Below are positions 27,570 to 38,642 of a stretch of DNA of 64,000 nt, piece by piece (position 1 is the stretch's first letter; each line of letters begins with the position of its first letter). The position numbers and the translations under genes are program-made. Origin of the DNA: Armatimonadota bacterium (GTDB lineage Bacteria > Armatimonadota > HRBIN16); the NCBI GenBank assembly GCA_963677485.1, contig OY781964.1:3776001-3840000 (forward strand), in the 5' to 3' direction. The notes beneath the pieces were generated by a model, which did not search any database, was not told where the DNA came from, and saw nothing but the letters and a program-made list of their open reading frames with translations.

Positions 27570-30514
27570 AGCACATCACAGCCTTTCTGGCATGCCTGAC
27601 TGCGACGATATGCATCACGACCGCTCATGCCGCAAGCATTGCCACTGCCCCCGCACTGTCACCGCTCGAACGCCTGGCTGCCAGCGAGCTCCAGCGGTAT
27701 CTGTACCTGCGGACTGGCAGTCTGCCAACCATCTCTATGGGAGCTTCACAGGGTGACTTTATGGTATTGCGCTCAGACCGCCTGCTGCAAATACCTGCGG
27801 AGTTACGGCCTGCGGCGCGCGGAATACATTCGGAACAATTCATCATCCGCACATTGACGACGGCCGGCCGCCGAAGCTGGTGGATCATCGGAGGCTCGGA
27901 CATCGGCACGCTGTATGGCGTGTACCGATTCGCCGAGAAGCTGGGCGTGCGCTTCTACCTTCATGGTGATGTGATACCAGACGATCGGCTCAAACAAATC
28001 CCGAACGTGAGTGAGACCGGCAAGCCGGTATTCGATACCCGGGGTATACAGCCTTTTCATGACTTTTCTGAAGGGCCTGACTGGTGGAGCACCGATGACT
28101 ATCTGAGCTATATCACCCAGCTTGCTAAGATGCGCATGAACTTCATAGGGCTGCACTGCTACCCGGAGGGGATGGCGGAGCCCGCGGTATGGATTGGACT
28201 GCCTGAGGATGTCGGAGCTAACGGTCGCGTCAAGTTCAGCTACCCCTCTACCTGGGCGAACACAGCCCATCCTGGTGTGTGGTGGAATGTGCCCATGAAC
28301 AGCTCGGACTTCACGGCCGGTGCCGGTCAGATATTCGATGATGATATCCACGGATCGGATGCCCAGAAGGGGATGTTCCCGCTGCCCTCAACGCCCGAGC
28401 AGAATAATCGGCTGTTCAATAACACCGCGGAGTTGTTTCACACCGCATTTGATTACGCTCGCTCATTGGGAGTGAAGAGCTGCATCGGCACTGAGACGCC
28501 TATCACCATCCCCGCACTCGTCAAGCAGCGCATTGTTGCCAAAGGGCAAGACCCGGCGGATCCGTTGGTGGTGCAGGACGTCTACAAGGGGATTTTTAGC
28601 CGTATCGCCGCGGCCTACCCCGTTGACTATTACTGGCTGTGGACGCCTGAACGGTGGACATGGGAAGGTAACAGTGCGGTTGACACACAGGCGACAATTG
28701 GCGACGTACAGAGCGCTCTGGATGCTCTGAAATCACTCGGCAACCCGTTCAAATTGGCGACATCGGGCTGGGTGCTGGGGCCTGTGCAGGATCGACTGGC
28801 ATTGGGCCGAGTGCTTCCTAAGGACAGCCCCATGAGCTGCATCAACCGCAATGTGGGGCATTCGCCTGTGGAGCCGAGTTTTGGTGAGCTTACCGGACGG
28901 CCGAAGTGGGCGATCCCATGGATGGAGAACGACCCCGTGTTAACAGCACCCCAACCCTGGGTGGGGCGTATGCTCTACGACGCTGCCGATGCGGCGCGGT
29001 TAGGATGCACCGGCCTTCTGGGCATCCATTGGCGCACTAAGGTGCTGAGCATGAATGTGTCCGCATTGGCAGGCGCGGCCTGGAACCAGGACTGGAATTC
29101 AGATGAGTATCGCGCACTGCAGAAAGTATCTGAGCCGAAAGACGGGCCGGTGACTGGTCAGGTGGTCACCTATGGCAACCCCATCGATGGCACAGATGAA
29201 GACGATGTGTATCAGTCGGTGCGATACAACCTCACCGGATACCGGCTGACGGTGCCCAATGGACGGTATACCGTGCGCTTGATGTTCAGCGAGCTGGCTT
29301 ATGATACACCAGGACGACGGGTCTTCGGCGTGAGCCTGCAGGGGAAGCCTGTGATTGACCGTCTGGATATTTTCGAGAAGGTCGGCAAGAACAAAGCCCT
29401 GGACTACACTTACCCCGACGTGGTGGTGACCAACCGACAGTTGCGGCTCGATTTCGCATACATAGTCGAATTTCCATGCATCAACGGCATTGTCATCTCC
29501 GGCAAGAGTTCCACAGGGGAAGCGTATACGCGCAAGATCAACTGCGGTGGGCCTGCGTTGCGTGATTATGAGGGTGACCTGAAGGTCATCGAGAGCCCGG
29601 CTGAACGCCGCGGTCTGCCAGTCCGGGATTTCTACCTGGATGATGCTCGAGCGAATTTCGGCAGGATTGTGGCGGAGCCTATCGCAGCGATTTTGTCTGA
29701 GATCGATGGGCTGAACATGCCTGCCCCTGTGGCTCTATGCCCGGGTGGGTTGGTGCCCAATGGTCAGCCATGGGACACTGAGAAGCTGAGGTATGGCTTT
29801 GTTGATAAGCTGGAGGCACTCCGCCCGCGTATCACCAGCCCGGGAGACAGGGAGCGGTTTGACTACTGGTTGAATACCTACCGGTATGCCAGGTGCCTGG
29901 GTGAGGTGGGGTGCCGTCGGGCGGAACTCGATGCTCTCGCAGAGCAGCTTAAGGCTGAAGCTGATGCCGCCAAACGCACTCAGACCGCCCAAACGATGCT
30001 GACACTACGCATTGACCTGTCTCGGCTGTGGGAACGCACCATCGGATACCAACTAGCGGCCGTGGATACCCCCGGTGAGATGGGCACCATCGATAACCTC
30101 GAACGACATAACCGAGGCGGTATGAAGTTTCTGTCGCAATATGATGACGTGATTTCTGCGGCTCTGGGCAGTGAGCTGCCCGAGGAAGTGGCATTGTCGA
30201 CGCGCTTTACTGGCGGGCCGCGTATCATCGTGCCTACGGTGCGCACACAAGCTGGTCAGGGTGAGGTGGTGCGGCTGAAGGTGTTTATACTGGCTGCTCA
30301 ACCTCCCGCATCAGCCATGCTTTATTGGCGGCCGCTGGGCAAGGGGGCTTACCACGCATTGCCTCTGAAGCACGTGACTCGCTCTGTGTATATGGTCGAT
30401 ATGCCATCTATGAACACATCGTATGAATACTACATCGTGGCGGAAAGCAGCGGCGGTCAGCTGGTGTGGCCTGCCACCACTCCGCGCATCAACCAGACGG
30501 TGGTCATCTGGTAG
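27566..30514 (+). CDS. Secreted putative glycoside hydrolase with an inserted malectin domain
   Basis: Signal peptide; GH20/67-like N-domain (AASELQRYL, GTLYGVY); RGIQPFHDF barrel; malectin VPNGRYTVRLMFSE..RVFGV. Confidence 0.7.
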   Translation: MKHITAFLACLTATICITTAHAASIATAPALSPLERLAASELQRYLYLRTGSLPTISMGASQGDFMVLRSDRLLQIPAELRPAARGIHSEQFIIRTLTTAGRRSWWIIGGSDIGTLYGVYRFAEKLGVRFYLHGDVIPDDRLKQIPNVSETGKPVFDTRGIQPFHDFSEGPDWWSTDDYLSYITQLAKMRMNFIGLHCYPEGMAEPAVWIGLPEDVGANGRVKFSYPSTWANTAHPGVWWNVPMNSSDFTAGAGQIFDDDIHGSDAQKGMFPLPSTPEQNNRLFNNTAELFHTAFDYARSLGVKSCIGTETPITIPALVKQRIVAKGQDPADPLVVQDVYKGIFSRIAAAYPVDYYWLWTPERWTWEGNSAVDTQATIGDVQSALDALKSLGNPFKLATSGWVLGPVQDRLALGRVLPKDSPMSCINRNVGHSPVEPSFGELTGRPKWAIPWMENDPVLTAPQPWVGRMLYDAADAARLGCTGLLGIHWRTKVLSMNVSALAGAAWNQDWNSDEYRALQKVSEPKDGPVTGQVVTYGNPIDGTDEDDVYQSVRYNLTGYRLTVPNGRYTVRLMFSELAYDTPGRRVFGVSLQGKPVIDRLDIFEKVGKNKALDYTYPDVVVTNRQLRLDFAYIVEFPCINGIVISGKSSTGEAYTRKINCGGPALRDYEGDLKVIESPAERRGLPVRDFYLDDARANFGRIVAEPIAAILSEIDGLNMPAPVALCPGGLVPNGQPWDTEKLRYGFVDKLEALRPRITSPGDRERFDYWLNTYRYARCLGEVGCRRAELDALAEQLKAEADAAKRTQTAQTMLTLRIDLSRLWERTIGYQLAAVDTPGEMGTIDNLERHNRGGMKFLSQYDDVISAALGSELPEEVALSTRFTGGPRIIVPTVRTQAGQGEVVRLKVFILAAQPPASAMLYWRPLGKGAYHALPLKHVTRSVYMVDMPSMNTSYEYYIVAESSGGQLVWPATTPRINQTVVIW

Positions 30515-30611
30515 CTTCAGTTTAAAATTCGGGAAGTTACCCGGAAAATGCGGCGTGACACAGTGATCTTCCGGGTATCAATGGAGTGAGTAGCAATGTG
30601 TTTATGACTTG

Positions 30612-30781
30612 GTTGGCTATGTCCGGGGCGGTCTGTCAGTACGACTGCGGTGGCTACTGTTTATAGACCGCGCCGGTCTTGTTCCCGACACAAATCTTTC
30701 ATGGCTGTCCGCCAGACCGGCGCGGTCTCGAGCCTTCTGTATCCGCTAGCCTACGCACAGACCGCCCCGGACATAGGCAAC
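30612..30781 (+). mobile_element. 170-bp four-armed palindromic element, copy 2
   Basis: Same terminal and inner IRs; same length as copy 1. Confidence 0.85.
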
Positions 30782-30819
30782 GTTTGGTTGTAATAGAGGC
30801 GAACAGCCATTACAAACGG

Positions 30820-31866
30820 CTAATCCTGCGCTCCGAAATTCTGGTCGATGATGACGTAGTCAAACAGGTTCACGATGCCGTCGCCATCCAGGTCGGCGGA
30901 TGTCGTGGGTTTACCGAAGTTCGAATCAAGCACCACAAAGTCAAACAGGTTGATCTGGCCGTCGTTGTTCGCATCGCCGTTAATCAACACGACATCAACA
31001 GGCAGGCTGGTTTGGCCCATTATATTGACAGATTTCAGCTCGTGTGCCAGGTGATGATCCCAAACGAATCGAAGAGTGTGCAGCCCCGTAAGTGACGTAA
31101 TGATGCTGAACACTCCATCTGCGTCTGGCGTGACTGAAGCGGTTTCTACAGGCGTCATCTGGCCGTCTGGGATAATCTCGATATGCCCAGCCATGCGGCT
31201 GACACCAGGGATGACTTTCCCTGTGATGCAACACTCAGCCGAACAACTCACGGTGATGGACTGAGTGCCCAACCTGATAATCTGCCCCTCTTGTGGCGTC
31301 ATGAAGCTGGTGTATGACAGATTGGATCCCGCATCCCAGATGACAATCGGCATCGACTCACCGGGTTGCAGAGCGTTGTTCCGTAATCGGATGCTAAACA
31401 GCCTTTGAGCCGCTGAGGCCGGAAACCCTTGCATTGAGGCGTGCGAGAACTGCAGTCCGTATGGCCGCTCTGAGTCGCTTGGTGAACCTGCTGCGGCACG
31501 AAATCCGCAGATTGCATTTCCGCCAGGGCCGGTCTGGTATACAGTGAGTGCTTCCGCCAGGCTGCCATCAAGCAGCAGTTTATGCTTAAGTGGTGCCGCC
31601 GAGGGGCCGGATTGTGTGGTGATATCCCAACCAAGGCAGACCTCCAGGCTCAAGAGCCCGTAGCTTTTGTCTGGACTTGGGTCAATGTCAGGCGCACTGT
31701 ACCATACGGTGAGTTCGAAGTTGCTGTAGGGCTTCACTACCAATGGTGCAGCTAGAGGTGTGGGGTCATCGCGATCTTGCGTCACCCACAACTGGTAGGG
31801 CACATCAGCTTGTAGAGATGTGCAGGCAAGGCACAGCATCACTGCGAGAGCGGTTATTTTCGCCAT
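30820..31866 (-). CDS. Secreted protein: cohesin-like N-domain, beta-sandwich and C-terminal dockerin-like duplicated EF-hand
   Basis: Signal peptide; GDANNDGQINLFDF...ADLDGDGIVNLFDY..FGAQD. Confidence 0.7.
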   Translation of the reverse strand: MAKITALAVMLCLACTSLQADVPYQLWVTQDRDDPTPLAAPLVVKPYSNFELTVWYSAPDIDPSPDKSYGLLSLEVCLGWDITTQSGPSAAPLKHKLLLDGSLAEALTVYQTGPGGNAICGFRAAAGSPSDSERPYGLQFSHASMQGFPASAAQRLFSIRLRNNALQPGESMPIVIWDAGSNLSYTSFMTPQEGQIIRLGTQSITVSCSAECCITGKVIPGVSRMAGHIEIIPDGQMTPVETASVTPDADGVFSIITSLTGLHTLRFVWDHHLAHELKSVNIMGQTSLPVDVVLINGDANNDGQINLFDFVVLDSNFGKPTTSADLDGDGIVNLFDYVIIDQNFGAQD

Positions 31867-32066
31867 AGTTCACCTCAAACGGCGGTTATTTAAAGTATTA
31901 TACTCGGTTCGTTTTTCAGAACGACCATGCAATAATACCGGTTTTTGATGAAATCGAGGGAAATACGCATGAATTCTGGACACATCAATCAATCTTGATC
32001 GGATGTGAATCATCAAGGTTCGGGATGGCTGCGAGCGGACATTTGGCTCATTTGTGTCGATCCGAT

Positions 32067-32095
32067 TTGACAAGCATACTGAACACTGTTAAACT
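32067..32095 (+). promoter_or_regulatory. sigma70 promoter of purA
   Basis: TTGACA-N17-TAAACT. Confidence 0.7.
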
Positions 32096-32098
32096 TCC

Positions 32099-33536
<1,438 letters not shown>

Positions 33537-33566
33537 CTAGTCGCTTCGGACCTGATATCAAGGACG

Positions 33567-33592
33567 CCCGTATTGTGACCGATACGGGCGTA
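33567..33592 (+). terminator. Hairpin after purA
   Basis: ACGCCCGTATT...GATACGGGCGT; weak U-tract; coordinates approximate. Confidence 0.45.
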
Positions 33593-33642
33593 CACGGTTT
33601 CAATATGCGGTGGTGATGGCCGTGGTTGGTTGCAATGAATCC

Positions 33643-33698
33643 GTAGGGATGACCCTTGTGGTCATCCGCAATGCTTACGGATGACCACAAGGGTCATC
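33643..33698. repeat. Inverted REP doublet (GTAG-type REPIN-like)
   Basis: GTAGGGATGACCCTTGTGGTCATCCG-caatgctta-CGGATGACCACAAGGGTCATC. Confidence 0.7.
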
Positions 33699-33789
33699 TG
33701 TGTTACCGGAGTTGCATATGGCTAGTAGTCGCATGCAGTTACAATCACGGGGAGCTGCCCAAAGCCCCCTTCTATCTGGAGGTACGAAA

Positions 33790-34125
33790 ATGAGTGACGA
33801 AGTCAATAACGAACAAGAAATGCCTACAGAACAGGCAGATGAGCAAGCGCAACGAAGTTACGACCTTCCGCCCATTACCGCCATGTTGACGATGATGGTA
33901 CAAGAGATGGACTTTCGGGCGCAAATAGCCTTAGGATTCATGCCGGCCCCTGGTAAAGAGGTAGTCGTGAACATGGAAGAAGCAAAGGTGGCGATAGACA
34001 CCATAGAGGCACTGGCCAAAGTGGTGAAGCCGATTCTAGAATCGGACAGCGACCGCCGCGAATTTGACCGACATCTGGCTGACCTCAGACTGAACTACGT
34101 GCAGAAGTCCCTGAGCAGCAAGTAA
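33790..34125 (+). CDS. DUF1844 family protein
   Basis: GGAGG SD before ATG 33790; AQIALG..P, AKVAIDTIEAL, DLRLNYV. Confidence 0.75.
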   Translation: MSDEVNNEQEMPTEQADEQAQRSYDLPPITAMLTMMVQEMDFRAQIALGFMPAPGKEVVVNMEEAKVAIDTIEALAKVVKPILESDSDRREFDRHLADLRLNYVQKSLSSK

Positions 34126-34143
34126 TACCGAAACGTATTCGAT

Positions 34144-34168
34144 AGGGCGTCCTGCGGGACGCCCTTTT
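34144..34168 (+). terminator. Intrinsic terminator
   Basis: AGGGCGTCC-TGCG-GGACGCCCT-TTT. Confidence 0.7.
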
Positions 34169-34187
34169 GACTTTTGGAGGCCGTGCC

Positions 34188-35144
34188 ATGCAGCTACGAA
34201 TGTTTCAGCCCACAGACATCAAGGCATTAGCTCAGTTGTGGGCAGCCGATATGGGCCCTGAGTGGCCGTTGAGCCCGCAAGTTGCCGAACAGCGGGTGTT
34301 TTGCCCCCGGCATTTTGTGTCAGGCGATGCCTGCATCGCCATGGAAGGTGGTTTGCCGGTTGGTGTCTGCGTTATACGCAGTATCCGTGAGCCGCTTTGC
34401 GCAGATGGAATGCAGCCAGATAAGGGCTGTATTCATCTTTTGGTAGGCACAGACCCGGTTGCCAAACAGCAGTTGCTGGATTGGGGCTTGGATGAGCTCA
34501 GTTCACGCGGAGCGAAACACATTAGCTTTGGCACTGACCCATTTCATCTCTTTCCCGGGATCCCTGAAGCTCACACCGATCTGCAGGAACTACTGAAAAC
34601 ACGCAGGTTCAAGATCGAAGGCGCAGCCTGGGACATGCATTGCGACATCCGAAACTACACTCTGCCAGAACGTGTGACGGCAATGCTGGAAGCACGCAAA
34701 GATGTGTCGATTTCGCCCGTCCAGCCCCATGAGCTGGAAGCGATGCTGGAGTTTTTTGACCGCGAATTTGGCGGACGCTGGAAGTACGAGGCGATGTGGC
34801 GTCTGCAGGCCGAGGGCAATGGTGACGGCATCCTGGTGGCACGAGTGGGTGAGCGGATCGAGGGCTTCTGTCAGATATTCAACGCACAGGCCAAAATGGT
34901 CGGTTCGTCTCAGTTGTGGGCCGGTGTTCACCGTGCTTCCTTCGGCGGACTGGGTGCCATTGGCTGCAGCCGCGGTGTGCGTGGGCAGGGCATAGGTCTG
35001 GCTTTACTGTGCCTGGGAGTTGAGATGCTGCGCCAGCAGGGTATAACTGAGATGTGTATAGACTGGACGAATCTGCTGGACTTCTATGGCAAGATTGGAT
35101 TTAAGCCATGGAAGAGATACATACATGCGAGTTACCACGAATAG
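34188..35144 (+). CDS. Tandem GNAT family N-acetyltransferase
   Basis: VRGQGIGLALL acetyl-CoA motif, FYGKIGF; GGAGG SD. Confidence 0.8.
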   Translation: MQLRMFQPTDIKALAQLWAADMGPEWPLSPQVAEQRVFCPRHFVSGDACIAMEGGLPVGVCVIRSIREPLCADGMQPDKGCIHLLVGTDPVAKQQLLDWGLDELSSRGAKHISFGTDPFHLFPGIPEAHTDLQELLKTRRFKIEGAAWDMHCDIRNYTLPERVTAMLEARKDVSISPVQPHELEAMLEFFDREFGGRWKYEAMWRLQAEGNGDGILVARVGERIEGFCQIFNAQAKMVGSSQLWAGVHRASFGGLGAIGCSRGVRGQGIGLALLCLGVEMLRQQGITEMCIDWTNLLDFYGKIGFKPWKRYIHASYHE

Positions 35145-35156
35145 GAGATCATAGAT

Positions 35157-36449
35157 ATGCCATTTAAACCAGATGAGTCGAAACTTCAATTTGATACCCT
35201 TGCCTTGCATGGCGGGCATGTACCCGATAGCGACACACTAAGCCGTGCCGTGCCGCTATATCTGAGCTCGTCTTTTGTATTTGAAGATGCTGACCATGCC
35301 GCGCGGCTGTTTGGACTGGAGCAGGCGGGCAACATCTACACACGGCTGGGCAACCCCACCACGGCTATTTTGGAGAAGCGCCTGGCCTTGCTGGAGGGTG
35401 GAGTCGCGGCATTAGCGACCGCCAGCGGACAGGCCGCGGAGCTGCTGGCGATCACCAACATCGCCCAAGCTGGTGACCATATAGTGGCGGGATCGACGCT
35501 CTACGGCGGCACCTACGCGCTTATGAAGCACACACTGCCTCGTATGGGCATCGAGACCAGCTTTGTGGACCCAGATGATGTGGAGAATTTCCGGCAGGCG
35601 ATCCGGCCAAACACCAAAGCATTGTATGCGGAAACACTGGGCAACCCACTGTTGAATGTGATCGACATCCAAGCCATCGCTGATATCGCTCATGAGGCGG
35701 GTATCCCACTGATCATTGACAACACAATGGCGACCTGTGCTCTTGTCAAACCGTTAGAGCATGGGGCTGACATCGTGGTCTACTCAGCCACAAAATACTT
35801 GGCAGGGCATGGGGCGGTGATCGGTGGTGCGATTATCGACAGTGGAAAGTTTGACTGGAACAACGTGAAATTCCCCGGTTTCACTAAGCCTGACGCCAGT
35901 TATCATGGGCTTGTTTTCGCCGATATGGGTGCGATGGCATTCATCAACAAAGCACGCTTATGCGGCCTGCGCGATCTGGGGGCTTGTATCAGCCCGTTTA
36001 ATGCCTGGGCTATCATGATCGGCGTTGAAACACTCGGACTGCGTATGGAACGGCACAGCAGCAACGCGATGAAGGTGGCTCAATACCTGGAGGCGCACCC
36101 AAATGTGGCCTGGATCAGCTATCCTGGTCTGGCAAGCAGCAGCACGCATGAGATCGCCAAGAGATACTTCAAAGATGGCCAGTATAGCGGCATGATTGGC
36201 TTTGGTATCAAGGGCGGCTTGGAGGCCGGCAAGGCCTTCATCAACAAGCTGAAGTTGATCAGTCTGCTGGCAAACATCGGTGACGCCAAGTCGCTGGTGA
36301 TTCACCCTGCCAGCACCACGCACCAGCAGTTGTCCGCTGAAGAGCAGGTATCTAGCGGAGTGACGCCTGACTTCATCCGGCTCTCTGTCGGGATTGAGGA
36401 TGTGCAGGACATCATAGCGGATTTGGAGCAGGCACTGACCGTAGGGTAG
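35157..36449 (+). CDS. metY: O-acetylhomoserine aminocarboxypropyltransferase (sulfhydrylase)
   Basis: IYTRLGNPT, SATKYLAGHG (PLP Lys), ANIGDAKSLVIHPASTTH. Confidence 0.92.
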   Translation: MPFKPDESKLQFDTLALHGGHVPDSDTLSRAVPLYLSSSFVFEDADHAARLFGLEQAGNIYTRLGNPTTAILEKRLALLEGGVAALATASGQAAELLAITNIAQAGDHIVAGSTLYGGTYALMKHTLPRMGIETSFVDPDDVENFRQAIRPNTKALYAETLGNPLLNVIDIQAIADIAHEAGIPLIIDNTMATCALVKPLEHGADIVVYSATKYLAGHGAVIGGAIIDSGKFDWNNVKFPGFTKPDASYHGLVFADMGAMAFINKARLCGLRDLGACISPFNAWAIMIGVETLGLRMERHSSNAMKVAQYLEAHPNVAWISYPGLASSSTHEIAKRYFKDGQYSGMIGFGIKGGLEAGKAFINKLKLISLLANIGDAKSLVIHPASTTHQQLSAEEQVSSGVTPDFIRLSVGIEDVQDIIADLEQALTVG

Positions 36450-36469
36450 AGCGAGTTCCCGATTGGTGA

Positions 36470-36499
36470 GAGGGGCAGGCGCATATGCGTTTGCCCCTC
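36470..36499 (+). terminator. Hairpin after metY (terminator or REP variant)
   Basis: GAGGGGCAGGCGCAT-ATGCGTTTGCCCCTC. Confidence 0.5.
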
Positions 36500-36510
36500 G
36501 TCGTTCGTTG

Positions 36511-36585
36511 CTTTCCAATGCCAGGGGGGTCTGTCTGACGGCCTGCAGTAACTACTTGCTACAGACCACCCCGGACTTTGCCGAT
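36511..36585 (+). mobile_element. Degenerate two-armed derivative of the 170-bp element
   Basis: CCAGGGGGGTCTGTC...ACAGACCACCCCGGAC: arm 1 plus spacer 1 joined to arm 4. Confidence 0.55.
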
Positions 36586-36749
36586 TTCAGGGAATACACG
36601 GTTACAGTATAGGATTTGATACCAGCTCGGGTGGACATTTGGGATATTTTTGGCGGATTCATGAACGCATGTGAACCGCATAGGTGCTCCAGATAACGTG
36701 GTTTTTCGTTGTGTGGTCATTCAACGTCGATATGTGTAAAATGTAGATT

Positions 36750-36941
36750 GTGTGCGCCGTGATTCCGCGCAGCCCTCCCCATACGGGAGACGCAGGACGA
36801 AGGAATACACGTCACTCCCCCAGGTGCCTGGTTTGACTGATGGGATGATACCCATTAAGAAGTGCGTAAGCCACCAGACGAGCCTCGGCTGCAGCAATAC
36901 GCTTGCAGGAACCAAATACCTATAAGAGGTTATAGACTAAG
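36750..36941 (+). ncRNA. Candidate structured rplS 5' leader
   Basis: TGGTCA-N17-TAAAAT at 36714-36742, then at least 5 hairpins including a GNRA loop. Confidence 0.4.
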
Positions 36942-37319
36942 ATGAACAAGCAAGCGATCATCATGGCACTCGAGAAGGAACAGATGAAGACCGATGTTCC
37001 CTTCTTCCGCCCTGGTGATAACGTCCGCGTCCACGCCAAAGTGGTGGAGGGCAACAAAGAGCGTATTCAGGTTTTCGAGGGTCTCGTTATTGCTCGTAAG
37101 CATGGCGGCTCCCGCGAGACCTTTATGGTTCGCAAGATATCCAATGGCGTCGGTGTAGAGCGTGTCTTCATGGTGCATTCGCCCCGTGTTGACAAAATCG
37201 AAGTACTTCGCCGCGGTAAAGTCCGACGTGCGAAACTTTACTACCTGCGCGCCAAGATTGGTAAGGCTGCCCGAATCAAGGAGCTCCGCACCGCCAAGTG
37301 GGATAAGCTGACTAAGTAA
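36942..37319 (+). CDS. rplS: 50S ribosomal protein bL19
   Basis: [36 protein letters not shown]. Confidence 0.97.
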   Translation: MNKQAIIMALEKEQMKTDVPFFRPGDNVRVHAKVVEGNKERIQVFEGLVIARKHGGSRETFMVRKISNGVGVERVFMVHSPRVDKIEVLRRGKVRRAKLYYLRAKIGKAARIKELRTAKWDKLTK

Positions 37320-38056
37320 TGACTGGTGGCTGGGTAGAGACTATAGCGAACCTCAACGTTCGCAGCGTCGTGGTCATCGCATTAGTACTCACCTTATTGC
37401 GTTGGGGGCTGTGCTTCAGCACTAGCCCCTACGCACGATGGGTCGCGGAGCTGTTTGAGTCCGCAGCAATGGCTGTTGTCATCGTGTTTATGGTGATACG
37501 TCCCTTCGCCGTGCAGTCTTTCTACATCCCGTCCGAATCTATGGTGCCCACCCTACAAGTGAATGACCGCATCATGGTTGACAAATTGAGCTACCGCTTA
37601 CGAACCCCGAGTGTTGATGAGATTGTGGTATTCAAAGCACCTAAGGAAGCCGACCCAAATGAGGTTGAGTTCATAAAACGGTGTGTTGGGGTGGCTGGGG
37701 ATATTGTTGAGGTTAAAAAAGGTGTGCTCTACCGTAACGGTAAGCCGATCAAAGAACCTTTTATCGCGCAGCAGCCTGACTATAGTATGAAGATTGTTGA
37801 TGGCAAAATCTATCGTACGGATTCCCGCGCTGCTGGTATCTTCCTTAACTTAATGCCCGTAGGCGATCCCAATGAAGTAAATTATGTCATCGCAGCGAAG
37901 CCTTCTGTTGTGCCGAAAGGTTGCATATTGATGTTGGGCGATAACCGCAACAATAGCAATGATGGCCACATGTGGGGCTTTGTACCGGTTGAAAGGGTAG
38001 TGGGGCGTGCGTGGCTGCTCTACTGGCCTGTGCAGCGGGTGCGTGTCGTTAAGTAA
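37319..38056 (+). CDS. lepB: Signal peptidase I
   Basis: IPSESMVPTL (Ser), FIKRCVG (Lys), GDNRNNSND. Confidence 0.93.
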   Translation: MTGGWVETIANLNVRSVVVIALVLTLLRWGLCFSTSPYARWVAELFESAAMAVVIVFMVIRPFAVQSFYIPSESMVPTLQVNDRIMVDKLSYRLRTPSVDEIVVFKAPKEADPNEVEFIKRCVGVAGDIVEVKKGVLYRNGKPIKEPFIAQQPDYSMKIVDGKIYRTDSRAAGIFLNLMPVGDPNEVNYVIAAKPSVVPKGCILMLGDNRNNSNDGHMWGFVPVERVVGRAWLLYWPVQRVRVVK

Positions 38057-38642
38057 CTGCTTGATAGGCGGCGTGGATGAGGCGGGGCGAGGATGCCTCG
38101 CCGGCCCCGTCGTGGCAGCCTGTGTGGTTCTGCCCCAGATCGTTGTCCCTCCCTTCATCAAAGATTCCAAAAAACTCTCCGCAGCACAACGCGCCGTCGC
38201 GTGTCAGTGGGTTTTTACAAACGCGCTCTCGGTTGGCATCGGGCTGGCCGATGTGGCGGAGATAGAGCAGATCAATATCCTGCAGGCCGCCATGCTTGCT
38301 ATGAAACGCGCGGTAGAAAAGTGCGATCCCCAGCCTACGGAGCTGCGCATCGATGGTAACACACTTCCCCGCGGCTTGACACTGCCTGCAGTCTGTATTG
38401 TGGGTGGTGACGACCTGGATACCTCCATCAGTGCCGCTTCAATCGTCGCCAAAGTAACTCGAGATCTGCTGATGGTCCGACTGGACAAGATTTATCCTGG
38501 CTATGAGCTGGCGAAACACAAGGGCTATGCCACAAAGCTGCATAGGGAGGCCATCAAGCAGCTGGGGCTCACTGTGATCCACCGCCACAGCTTCTGTGGC
38601 TTCCTGAAGCAACTGGAGCTCGATTTCGATGGCAGCACGTAA
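38043..38642 (+). CDS. rnhB: Ribonuclease HII
   Basis: GVDEAGRG, DSKKL, IDGN, AASIVAKVTRD; start uncertain. Confidence 0.93.
   Translation: MSLSNCLIGGVDEAGRGCLAGPVVAACVVLPQIVVPPFIKDSKKLSAAQRAVACQWVFTNALSVGIGLADVAEIEQINILQAAMLAMKRAVEKCDPQPTELRIDGNTLPRGLTLPAVCIVGGDDLDTSISAASIVAKVTRDLLMVRLDKIYPGYELAKHKGYATKLHREAIKQLGLTVIHRHSFCGFLKQLELDFDGST

Noticed and set aside
30544-30578. TACCCGGAA...TTCCGGGTA inverted repeat (about 30538-30577) as a WYL operator
   Set aside because: It lies downstream of convergent genes with no gene to regulate; more likely a terminator-like hairpin.
33700-33789. N-terminal extensions in the ORF track (DUF1844, acpP 52125, rnhB 38007, 59652, 63429)
   Set aside because: Downstream starts with better SDs or family-typical N-termini fit better; the extensions run through repeats or neighbouring genes.
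35100-35157. SAM riboswitch upstream of metY
   Set aside because: Only 12 bp separate the GNAT gene from metY; no room for an aptamer.
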